This document shows, in pieces, positions 8,674-16,467 of a stretch of 64,000 bases of DNA. This stretch comes from a virus. Lineage: Duplodnaviria; Caudoviricetes. The position numbers and the translations under genes are program-made. The first letter of the stretch is position 1. Every line of letters begins with the position of its first letter. Below the pieces are notes generated by a model. It saw nothing but the letters and a program-made list of their open reading frames with translations, was not told the DNA's origin and made no database searches. The DNA lies in the IMG/VR virus record IMGVR_UViG_2791354873_000003, positions 1 to 64,000 of that record, one strand, 5' to 3'.

Positions 8674-9291
8674 TCATGCTGCTATGCCGAGCACCCTGTT
8701 CATGCGCTCGTCGAGGATTTCGTAAAAGGTCTTCACACGCTCCGAGAGCTTGCGGATCATCGCCTCGTCCCGATAGGCACGCTTCACGAACAGCGGCATG
8801 CCCGGGCAGTAGCAAATGAAGTCGATCCACTCGCGCTCCGATACCCACAGGCCGCCCTGGCACTGGGCGACGTGCTCTTTCGGGATCTCACCGCCCAGGA
8901 TCACGTCCACCTGCAGCTTCGGCAGCTTGGTCTTGATCTCGGTCAGGCCCTTGTCGCCTACCAGGGCGTCCGGCGAGTAGCCGATTCCGTGGTTGAGGAT
9001 GATCCCAACCTCGGTCGTTTCGACCTCTTCGCTGTCGCGGTAGAGGTTGCGGGCAACACCTTCCAACTCATGGCCGCGCTCTGTATGCCGATTGCCGCTG
9101 AACGGATCGGCCGCTTCGCCGGTGATGCGTTCGCCGATGAGTGTGTTCATGTAGGTGAAGGCGCCGGTACCGAAGCCGGCCTCGCCCTTGCCGTTCACCA
9201 GCAGACAGTCCAGCTCACTGCAGGTGATGATGCCCAAGCGCAGGTCTAGCCAGGCCTGAGTGCCTTGTTCGACATCTGAGATGATCTGCAT
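8674..9291 (-). CDS. YqaJ/lambda-exonuclease family nuclease
   Basis: QGT.AWL.LRLG.IT.S, RG.ELE, YSPDALV, EIK, QCQGGLW motifs. Confidence 0.93.
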   Translation of the reverse strand: MQIISDVEQGTQAWLDLRLGIITCSELDCLLVNGKGEAGFGTGAFTYMNTLIGERITGEAADPFSGNRHTERGHELEGVARNLYRDSEEVETTEVGIILNHGIGYSPDALVGDKGLTEIKTKLPKLQVDVILGGEIPKEHVAQCQGGLWVSEREWIDFICYCPGMPLFVKRAYRDEAMIRKLSERVKTFYEILDERMNRVLGIAA

Positions 9292-9294
9292 GGT

Positions 9295-10053
9295 TTACTC
9301 CTGCGGCCGGTTGGCCGACTTGGTGAGGCGAGCGAGCACAACGTCGAACTCGGACTTGTAGACGTTGGCAGCGCAGCCGTACTTGGCGGTGAAGTTGTCG
9401 ACCAGGACCTGGCTGCATTTTTTCAGCAGCTCATCGAGTTGGGCGGCTTGGCGCGGGGTAATGACCGGCTCGTCAGGCACCTGCGTCGGTACGGCTCCTT
9501 GGCCGTCATCGTCTTCACCGGTAGTGGTGAAGTTCAGAAGGGCGCCTGCCGTGTAGCGCTTCCCATAGCTGACAGAACTGGCAACGGCTTGGACGGCATT
9601 CTTGCTGCCGGTAGCATCGGCAGGCAGGAGGATTGATGTCGTTTCCCTGTGGCCGTCTCGATGACTAAGGACGCCCTCAACCTCGATGCCTTTGTCGGTG
9701 CGTGGAATTCGGAAGGTGAGTGCAAAGCCGTGCTTCGCCAGGATGGGCTTCAACTCCTCGTTGATGTCCTCCCATAGGGCGTAGGTAGATTGGACGTTCT
9801 TGTACTTGTCCTTGATTGCGCCGCGCTCACGGATAACCGGAAGCTCTTCCTGCATGGCGGCTAGCGCGGCATCGAACGCTTGCTGCGCCTGTTGCGCTTG
9901 GTGCTGGCGGTGCATCGCCATCAATCGCTCCATCTTGTCGATGTCTGCATTGGGCGACATTGCGACTTGCTGGATGATCTGCAGGATGGTTACCGACTCG
10001 GCAGCGATGGCCGGCGGCTGGGATTGGGTTTCGACCCTGGCTACTTGGCTCAT
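9295..10053 (-). CDS. erf: ERF-family ssDNA annealing protein
   Basis: Y..LEDI-like segment, G...H..GH, AVASSVSYGKRY motif; adjacent to the exonuclease. Confidence 0.9.
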   Translation of the reverse strand: MSQVARVETQSQPPAIAAESVTILQIIQQVAMSPNADIDKMERLMAMHRQHQAQQAQQAFDAALAAMQEELPVIRERGAIKDKYKNVQSTYALWEDINEELKPILAKHGFALTFRIPRTDKGIEVEGVLSHRDGHRETTSILLPADATGSKNAVQAVASSVSYGKRYTAGALLNFTTTGEDDDGQGAVPTQVPDEPVITPRQAAQLDELLKKCSQVLVDNFTAKYGCAANVYKSEFDVVLARLTKSANRPQE

Positions 10054-10060
10054 GGCGACC

Positions 10061-11191
10061 TCAGAAGTTGATGGTGATGTTCGGGACTTCGCGGCGGGCG
10101 ATCTTGAGCACGATGGACCTCGCCAACTCCTCGGTGATGCTCAGTGACATCAGCGCGGTTTTGGCCTCGCCCATGACTTTGGTCTTGTGGGCTTGGTCGC
10201 GCTCGCGGGCTTCCTGCTGACGGAGGATCTCGGCGGCAGCGGCATCGGCGCGGCGGCGTTCTTCCTGGCGCGCCTGCTCGGCTGCCTCCTCTTGCCGTCG
10301 AGCGGCGTCCTGGCGCTCCTGCTCCATTCGCTGCTCGGCCGCAACGCGGTCGGCCTCGGCCTGAATCCGGGCGCGCTCGGCTTGTTCGGCTTGCAGCTTG
10401 AGTTGCAGGCGCTGGTTCTCGGCTTCGCGCTCTTGTGCGGCAGCCTGGTCAAGCAGTTCCTGCTCGCGGCGGGCTGCGGCTTCACGCGCTGCCTGCTGCT
10501 CTTGGGCCACACGCTGACGCTCTGCCTCTACTGCGGCCTCCTGTGCCGCTCGGGTGCGGTCCTGCTCGGCGCGCTCTTCTGCCTCGCGGCGCAGGCGGGC
10601 CAGCTCGGCCTGTTCGACGTCGTACTTCTGGCGGGCGACCAGGGCGGCCTGCGCTGCATTCAGCGAAGCCTCTTTGGTCCGAGCTGCCTCAGCCTCGAAT
10701 TCCTCCCACGCTTCGCCCAACTGGAACGCGGAGAGCTCGCTGAGGCGCGCCTGCAGCTGCTCGGCATCCAAGGTGCCCAGTTCGGCGGCCAGGTCCTTCA
10801 TACGGTTGATTGCGTCGTTGTGGCGGTCGATCCGCGCATCCTCGGCGGCCTGCCAGTCATCCAGAGGTTTGCGCACCTCCTTCTGCCAGGATTCAAGAAT
10901 GTCCCAAACCCGCTTGCGCTCAGCATCGATGCGGGCTGGCACCTTCTTCTGCTCGGCAGACAGCTCCTTGCCCTTGTTTTCGATTGCAGTCTTGGTGCGT
11001 GCAACCTCATAGGCCATCGACGCAATTTCTTTGCGGCCTTTTACCGTTTTCAGGTCCGGGACAACTGCCAAGAACTCGTCGATCTTGACGCGGATCTGCT
11101 GCAGCCAAGGATCAAGGCCCTTTTCAGCGCTATACACCGCCAGGGCTGTTTCCTGCGGAGGAGCGACGATCAGTTCTTTTTCTGCGGACAT
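10061..11191 (-). CDS. Phage coiled-coil protein (family often mislabelled TolA)
   Basis: KGRKEIASMA..VA..K...E..GK motif plus long E/Q/A/R coiled coil; located next to ERF. Confidence 0.85.
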   Translation of the reverse strand: MSAEKELIVAPPQETALAVYSAEKGLDPWLQQIRVKIDEFLAVVPDLKTVKGRKEIASMAYEVARTKTAIENKGKELSAEQKKVPARIDAERKRVWDILESWQKEVRKPLDDWQAAEDARIDRHNDAINRMKDLAAELGTLDAEQLQARLSELSAFQLGEAWEEFEAEAARTKEASLNAAQAALVARQKYDVEQAELARLRREAEERAEQDRTRAAQEAAVEAERQRVAQEQQAAREAAARREQELLDQAAAQEREAENQRLQLKLQAEQAERARIQAEADRVAAEQRMEQERQDAARRQEEAAEQARQEERRRADAAAAEILRQQEARERDQAHKTKVMGEAKTALMSLSITEELARSIVLKIARREVPNITINF

Positions 11192-11235
11192 GCGTTTCTC
11201 CCGCGCCATCCATGCGGTGGGCGCTGATTAAGTGG

Positions 11236-11352
11236 TTACTGTGTGATGGTCCCGGCCAGGGCGCTCAGGAGGAGCCAGCCGGTGCAGAAGGTGAGGGCGA
11301 TGAAGCTGCCGCGCCAGGTGGCTATGCGGCGGGCTCGCTGGTAGCTGGTCAT
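11236..11352 (-). CDS. 38-aa membrane peptide
   Basis: MTSYQRARRIATWRG followed by a TM helix; GGGTGA SD. Confidence 0.6.
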   Translation of the reverse strand: MTSYQRARRIATWRGSFIALTFCTGWLLLSALAGTITQ

Positions 11353-11356
11353 ATCT

Positions 11357-11578
11357 TCACCCTGGAAGATTTGGCTTAGGGATGCGCTTGAAATTCTGGA
11401 CTGGCTGAAGCTTCGAAACCCCATACCAATGACACTGAGGGCGCTTGGCTATGGAGCGAAGGCTGGCAATACAGCACTCTTTGTCCATGGCGTTTCGAAA
11501 TCCACCCCAGAGGTAACGCCGCAGCCTTTTGTTGAACTCGATGAGGTCAAGATTGCTGTGGAAGTAGCGTTCGCTCAT
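11357..11578 (-). CDS. Small hypothetical protein
   Basis: ATGA-coupled to the upstream stop. Confidence 0.4.
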   Translation of the reverse strand: MSERYFHSNLDLIEFNKRLRRYLWGGFRNAMDKECCIASLRSIAKRPQCHWYGVSKLQPVQNFKRIPKPNLPG

Positions 11579-11796
11579 GCCCGCACCTCATACCCGACCG
11601 TCCACTCGCCGCACATCCACCAGCTGCGGGTGACTGCCTCGGGATTCTCGATGAAAGCCTCAGCTGCGGCTCTCTTGGCATCGAACAGCGTCGGCCCTTT
11701 GAACAGCATCAGCACCCGGTCGGCCGGCATAGCCTTGGCCTCGGGCAGTTCGGCTATCTGCTCATCGATAATCGTCGTGATCAGTGGCGTCGTCAT
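11575..11796 (-). CDS. Phage hypothetical protein
   Basis: Coupled ORF with GGAGG SD. Confidence 0.7.
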   Translation of the reverse strand: MTTPLITTIIDEQIAELPEAKAMPADRVLMLFKGPTLFDAKRAAAEAFIENPEAVTRSWWMCGEWTVGYEVRA

Positions 11797-11996
11797 GCTG
11801 CCTCCTTGCGCCGTTCGGCAATACGCCGGATGCGCTCGCAGTAGTGTTTGAACTCGTTGGAGTCGATGGCCAAGAGAGAGAAGTAGGCGACCACCAGTGT
11901 CTCGGCTTTGGCATCCTCCACCGGGCCAGAGCCCGGGAGAAGCATCGTTTCGATTGCGGCCTCTATGGCGCTGACTGCCAAGCTGTGAGGGCTCAT
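11793..11996 (-). CDS. Phage hypothetical protein
   Basis: Coupled ORF with GAGGAGG SD. Confidence 0.7.
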   Translation of the reverse strand: MSPHSLAVSAIEAAIETMLLPGSGPVEDAKAETLVVAYFSLLAIDSNEFKHYCERIRRIAERRKEAA

Positions 11997-12406
11997 AGCG
12001 CCTCCTCGGCCTGGGCCAGCACTCCCTCTTTCGCGAAGGGCTTGAGCAGCGTCCTGGCGATCTCCTGCAGCATGGATTCAGGGTTTGGCACGTTGATAGC
12101 CTCGTCTGCTGCGGCTGCCGCGTCGCCCGATGATTTACAGCGCGCGGCCAGGACCAGGCGGCCCAGGACCGAGCCGCTTATGCCTGACTGGCCCAGCTGG
12201 CCCATCACAAACTCATCAACCGCCTGAGCGAAGCGCTCGAAGGTGACGCCCTGCTGCGGCCGCAGGCGGCGCTGAAACACGAAGTCGCGGCGCGCCATCA
12301 GCTCAGCGATGCCGTCGTCGATCCAGCGTTCCTCGGGCGAGCTTTCACTCACCGCCGGAGGCATCCGGTTGTCGTACTCAAACTGTGCTGCTCGAAGTGC
12401 GCCCAT
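11993..12406 (-). CDS. Phage hypothetical protein, first large gene of the PL operon
   Basis: AGGAGG SD before MGALRAAQ. Confidence 0.8.
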   Translation of the reverse strand: MGALRAAQFEYDNRMPPAVSESSPEERWIDDGIAELMARRDFVFQRRLRPQQGVTFERFAQAVDEFVMGQLGQSGISGSVLGRLVLAARCKSSGDAAAAADEAINVPNPESMLQEIARTLLKPFAKEGVLAQAEEAL

Positions 12407-12709
12407 GGCGTCCTCCTGGGGGTTGTGCGGCCGCATTGGTCGGGCACCAGGCGCAGTGACCAAACTGGGCGTGAAAAGCCAGCCTGGCGCCTGCCAATGC
12501 GGTCGTATTTGAAGGGAAGGGGGTGCTGGGTGTATCGGTGAAGCTTCTGGTCGCCTTATCTTGCTGCCCAGTTGCGGCTTCCGGTTGCCACACCGGTTAT
12601 GTTTGCTTGGGCATCGCAGAGGAGATTGCGCAGAAGCTTCCCGATCCACCCTGCGATGGGGAGCAGGGCATCGGGCAGTTAACGTCAGGGCTGACGTGGC
12701 GCTGGTTTT

Positions 12710-12859
12710 CTACTTAGTCCGAGCCTCAGCCATCCAGTCGTCGCGACTGATTCGGCAGTGAAGGACCAGGCTCCATTGGCGAGTTTTCCGAGCTCTGATC
12801 AGCTCCCGATTTTGATAACGAGCGTGACGAACGCAGCCTTGCTTGGATACTCCAGTCAT
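12710..12859 (-). CDS. 49-aa Arg-rich peptide in the PL leader (uncertain)
   Basis: ATG with weak GGA SD; 9 Arg and 3 Lys. Confidence 0.3.
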   Translation of the reverse strand: MTGVSKQGCVRHARYQNRELIRARKTRQWSLVLHCRISRDDWMAEARTK

Positions 12860-13394
12860 CGTCTTGCTTTCCAGGGCGGTTGATTTCCCAGATGCCACTC
12901 GCTGAATGGCACCTGGTGAAATCCCGGCCTCGCTACTGGCGACAGGCCGGGGCATTGCGTCAGCGGTGTCTTTGCCGGTTACGTTTCCGGCGCTGAAGCC
13001 AACAGCCGTTCGGATCAGGATCGCCATCAAGGCCTGCTGGCTAACGGGGCTGGCGGCACACCAGCGCACTCCGCGACCGATATTCTCTCGTCGGTCAAAG
13101 CGCCTGGCTCTGTAGCGGCCAGGTAGGCTGTCGCTCGGCGACGGTTAGTTACTTCCACATGTCGACGCCCTCCATTGCACGCTCACTGGGAAGGCAGTGG
13201 CCACCTATCAGAATTGGTGTTTCTCCCATTACCGCCGGGTTGGCGGGGCGCATTGCATGCCCGGGTCGTTCTCGCGGTTAAGGCATTTCGCCTTCGTCAG
13301 CCGTGCAGGGTGTTCCTGCCGTGGGCAGCCTTTCGGGGCTGTCTGATCGCCGGTCGCCGGTAGAGGCAATGCGGTCTGTTGGTTGTTGCGCTGG

Positions 13395-13407
13395 TTGTTA
13401 AAGAGCG
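13395..13407 (-). promoter_or_regulatory. boxA antitermination element (nutL-like)
   Basis: Minus strand reads CGCTCTTTAACAA, matching the lambdoid/rrn boxA consensus, ~50 nt after PL. Confidence 0.8.
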
Positions 13408-13460
13408 GTCGGCTTGAGGGCCTGTCGAGGGGCTGTGTAGCTTGCCGTCTCGATGGGGTG

Positions 13461-13489
13461 AATATAGGAGATCCTATTTTAGCAGTCAA
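13461..13489 (-). promoter_or_regulatory. PL sigma70 promoter
   Basis: TTGACT-N17-TATATT on the minus strand, overlapped by two operators. Confidence 0.85.
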
Positions 13490-13502
13490 TAGGTGTTCCT
13501 AT
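13464..13502. promoter_or_regulatory. OL: two repressor operators ATAGG-N4-CCTAT
   Basis: Perfect palindromic arms at 13464-13477 and 13489-13502. Confidence 0.85.
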
Positions 13503-13519
13503 ATTTTTTACCAGCCCAC

Positions 13520-13544
13520 AAAAAAGCCCGCGCTAGGCGGGCTC
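13520..13544 (-). terminator. Rho-independent terminator closing the immunity region
   Basis: GAGCCCGC/GCGGGCT-type stem followed by a T run on the minus strand. Confidence 0.75.
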
Positions 13545-13562
13545 GTCTGGGTGTCGTGACTT

Positions 13563-13988
13563 CTACATAGAATCGATCTGTGCGTTCAGCTGATTTGCTG
13601 AGTGCTCATATAGGCGTCGGTAGGCGTCGCGATCGTCATCAATCAGGTGATCCAGATAACCGAGCCACGACGCGTACATAGCGGCCAGCTCTGTTTTGAG
13701 CTGCGGCAGGCGATCGGCCTCAGCCTTGTACAAGGCTTTTCCTTTACTCTTGGCGTCATCTACACAGACCCTGACCACATCTAAGCGTTGATGGAAGGCT
13801 TTAGACCACCGCTTGCTGCCCTCGCCAAACCTTCTTTCTGCATCCCAAACCTTTGTCTCTTGCTCAATCGCATCAATGCTGCAGATGGCGGGGAGGCCGG
13901 TCATTTTTTCGATATACGTCGGCTCAGCGGAGACCAGGGTTGACCACAGAAGAGAAGTGAACAGACTAGCTAGAAGGGGCTTGCGCAT
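13563..13988 (-). CDS. Exported hypothetical protein (immunity-region moron)
   Basis: Signal peptide MRKPLLASLFTSLLWSTLVSA; helical body with two Cys. Confidence 0.8.
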   Translation of the reverse strand: MRKPLLASLFTSLLWSTLVSAEPTYIEKMTGLPAICSIDAIEQETKVWDAERRFGEGSKRWSKAFHQRLDVVRVCVDDAKSKGKALYKAEADRLPQLKTELAAMYASWLGYLDHLIDDDRDAYRRLYEHSANQLNAQIDSM

Positions 13989-14049
13989 TTTGCTCTTCCT
14001 GAGAAATCTCCATCCTACCATTCTGGCTATCAGCCATCACGCAGGCATC

Positions 14050-14073
14050 AAAAATCCCACGTTGACTCGTGGG
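14050..14073 (-). terminator. Terminator after the cI-linked gene
   Basis: CCCACG-N6-CGTGGG followed by ATTTTT on the minus strand. Confidence 0.65.
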
Positions 14074-14095
14074 CTGGTGCTCACGATAGGCTCAT

Positions 14096-15091
14096 TTACT
14101 GAACAGCTTTAGCTTTCCCTAAGCTAATATCATCCACTGCAAGCACATCAGTTCTCAGGATGCGGTCCTTTTGCTCGGACGAGTAATGGTAAAGGCGAAT
14201 GGGGCTTGAATCACGGAGCGAGTCGAACAGCCTATTCACGTTCGCCTGATCGAATTTAGACAGATCGACCCGACCGGGGAAGGTGTAATCTGAGCCGGGC
14301 AGCCTCAAGGTCAATGATAGGTAATCTGGATGGCGCTTCACCATCTCAATGTAGACATCCTCTCTGCGTTCCTTGCGACTTTTTGGGAGCGGATCCTGCG
14401 TCCTGATTTTCTCTAATTCATCAGCGTTGAAATGCTGACCTTGAATGTCCATTGACGTCGCATCAGGCGCCCCAGCCACAATCGCTCTGTAGCCCTCGGC
14501 TGCTCTGTCTTTAATAGCCACGGCTTCTGGCGGCAAGCTCTTTGACGCGAGCGCGTCGGCTAGCTTGCCAATGAGCATTGCTTGTGTATGAGATTGCCGC
14601 TCTGCACTGGCAATTTTAGCCTTCTCAAGGTCTGCTTGGTTCCATCCAGAAAAGACCATATAACCTGCAACGCAGAGCACGGCGATGATCAGCAAGGCCG
14701 TTACGTTCCCTGCGCTCATCTTGTTCATTGGCAGCGCCGAAATAATCTTGTTGAGCGCTCCATCAAGCGGGCCTTGGCCATCGGTGCTCCCCTTCGTGAT
14801 CGCTAGGACTATCTCGAGATCTGCCTTATCGGCAGCGCTTAGCTTACCAATCCACGAGGAACCATAGCGAATTTCCGCGTAGGTGCGCAGAAGCTGATCC
14901 TGAAACTCAATGAGGCCAGCCATTAATTTCGGTGTAAGGGTGCCGTTGTAACGATCACCCTCGACCTTGACGTTGAATTTTGGCCAGCCGTCGAATAGCG
15001 GAAGAGAGTCACCGAGCAAGTCTATTCGGTCCAGAGCCATTAAAAAGGACTCAGGGCTATCAACGATAACAACATCATTCATCAAATGCAT
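14096..15091 (-). CDS. Single-pass membrane hypothetical protein directly downstream of cI (rex position); start 15091 or 15082
   Basis: Long AT-richer ORF beginning ~15 nt after the cI stop; central TM VTALLIIAVLCVAGYMVF. Confidence 0.85.
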   Translation of the reverse strand: MHLMNDVVIVDSPESFLMALDRIDLLGDSLPLFDGWPKFNVKVEGDRYNGTLTPKLMAGLIEFQDQLLRTYAEIRYGSSWIGKLSAADKADLEIVLAITKGSTDGQGPLDGALNKIISALPMNKMSAGNVTALLIIAVLCVAGYMVFSGWNQADLEKAKIASAERQSHTQAMLIGKLADALASKSLPPEAVAIKDRAAEGYRAIVAGAPDATSMDIQGQHFNADELEKIRTQDPLPKSRKERREDVYIEMVKRHPDYLSLTLRLPGSDYTFPGRVDLSKFDQANVNRLFDSLRDSSPIRLYHYSSEQKDRILRTDVLAVDDISLGKAKAVQ

Positions 15092-15105
15092 TCCGTGCTC
15101 GGTGG

Positions 15106-15852
15106 TCAGAAGCTCCGTCCGGTCCACCAGTAAATGATCTGCGCAAGGATCTTGATGTCATCCTCGCGCTCGCCGGGAACCTCAATCGGTGGGTACTGCC
15201 CGTTATCAGAGATGATCGTCAGCCCATCCAGGCCGCGCTGTATCCGCTTGATCTGCAGCTTCCCGCGCATGAGGAAGAAGTAGATGGCATCGTCCTCGAC
15301 GGTGGTCACCCCAGCATCGACCAGTACGGCATCCCCGCTGCGGATCGTCGGCGCCATGCTGTCGCCCCGACCCGAAATCAGCTTCAGGTTCTCCAGCTTG
15401 GTGTAGGTGAGGTTCTGCCGTACCCAGTTCGCATCCAGGCTCATGTGCTCAACAACCATGTTGATGTCAGGCGGCTCCGAGCCCGGGCCCATGGAGCCCT
15501 CTACGTCGTAGCGGGGCACGTCCACCAGATTGCGGTAGCTTTTGATCTTCTGGGCCAGCGGGGCGGGCAGGCCTTCGATGTTGATCGTTTCATTCGACTT
15601 AGGATCATTGGACCGAGCATCGCTAGGGCCGTGGCCCTGACCCTGCTCAGTCATACTGCCCTCGCCAGTTTCTAGCCACAGTGCGCTTACGCCACAAATG
15701 CGGGCAATGCTCGCGCCAAACGTGGACGAAGCTGACTTGCCCGTCTCTAGGTCGGAGATAGATGTCTGCGTGATTCCCACGGCTTTGGATAGCTCCGCCT
15801 GGGTCAGCTTAGCGTGCTTGCGAGCGGCTTTGAGTCTTTGGCTGTAGTTCAT
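15106..15852 (-). CDS. cI: CI-like repressor (XRE HTH plus S24 autopeptidase)
   Basis: N-terminal HTH_3; GDSMAP Ser and IKR Lys of the S24 fold; divergent from cro. Confidence 0.95.
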   Translation of the reverse strand: MNYSQRLKAARKHAKLTQAELSKAVGITQTSISDLETGKSASSTFGASIARICGVSALWLETGEGSMTEQGQGHGPSDARSNDPKSNETINIEGLPAPLAQKIKSYRNLVDVPRYDVEGSMGPGSEPPDINMVVEHMSLDANWVRQNLTYTKLENLKLISGRGDSMAPTIRSGDAVLVDAGVTTVEDDAIYFFLMRGKLQIKRIQRGLDGLTIISDNGQYPPIEVPGEREDDIKILAQIIYWWTGRSF

Positions 15853-15863
15853 GTGAGTCTTAT

Positions 15864-15925
15864 ATAGGTGGTCCGATAACCTTGCAAATAGGTGTTCCTA
15901 TGTGTAGATTTATAGGAAATCCTAT
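15864..15925. promoter_or_regulatory. OR: three operators at 24-bp period, with PR and putative PRM
   Basis: ATAGG-N4-CC(G/T)AT at 15864, 15888 and 15912. PR = TTGCAA(15882-87)-N17-TAGATT. The minus strand gives TTGCAA-N17-TATAAG 6 nt before the cI ATG. Confidence 0.85.
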
Positions 15926-15939
15926 AAGGAGGGTTTTCG

Positions 15940-16152
15940 ATGAGCATTTACGATCAACTTGTTGACCACTTTGGTGGGCAGGTTAAGACCGCTAAATCGT
16001 TAGGGGTCAAGCAGGGAACGGTTTCCGGATGGGTTTCTGGTCGTCATGGCATGAGCGCAGTTACGGCTCTACGGGCACAAGCTGAGACTGAGGGTCTCTT
16101 CTCGGCAGTGGAGCTTTGTCCTGCATTGGTCAGAGCTGAGATGGTGGCCTGA
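15940..16152 (+). CDS. cro: Cro-like HTH regulator
   Basis: HFGGQ.KTAK.LGV.Q.TVSGW HTH; AGGAGG SD; divergent from cI. Confidence 0.88.
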   Translation: MSIYDQLVDHFGGQVKTAKSLGVKQGTVSGWVSGRHGMSAVTALRAQAETEGLFSAVELCPALVRAEMVA

Positions 16153-16154
16153 TC

Positions 16155-16466
16155 ATGTCTGAGAGCCAATTAAGCCTGAGCGAAGGCGACATCGCCCGAG
16201 AGATCGAGACCCTGATCTTGCAGCGGGTTGCACAGGTCAGCCAAAAGCGCATTGCGCTGGAAACGGGTTGCAGTGAGTCGACGGTTTCCCGCTGGAACGA
16301 CGGCGAGTACCAGCGCTGGGCCAAGGTCCAGGCTATGTTGGGGCTTCGCGTTGTGCCGCAGACAGCTGTCGTCGTAACAGCTGAGTACCTGTCCGCATTG
16401 GAAACCATGGCCAGGATCGGGCTGAAGGCTGAGAAGAAGCGGCCAGGCCCGCTGGGGTGGGACTGA
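16155..16466 (+). CDS. cII: CII-family activator
   Basis: IE..IL......Q..IA...G.SESTVSRW, as in lambda CII; position after cro. Confidence 0.85.
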   Translation: MSESQLSLSEGDIAREIETLILQRVAQVSQKRIALETGCSESTVSRWNDGEYQRWAKVQAMLGLRVVPQTAVVVTAEYLSALETMARIGLKAEKKRPGPLGWD

Positions 16467-16467
16467 C

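Noticed and set aside
10061-11191. TolA-like cell-envelope gene
   Set aside because: No TM anchor; resemblance is only low-complexity coiled coil; sits in the recombination cluster.
10187-11227. 346-aa Leu-rich plus-strand ORF that looks like a membrane protein
   Set aside because: Reverse-complement artefact of the Glu/Gln/Ala coiled-coil gene.
15940-16152. YdaS/YdaT-type toxin-antitoxin pair
   Set aside because: Position, operators and divergence from cI identify it as Cro followed by CII.
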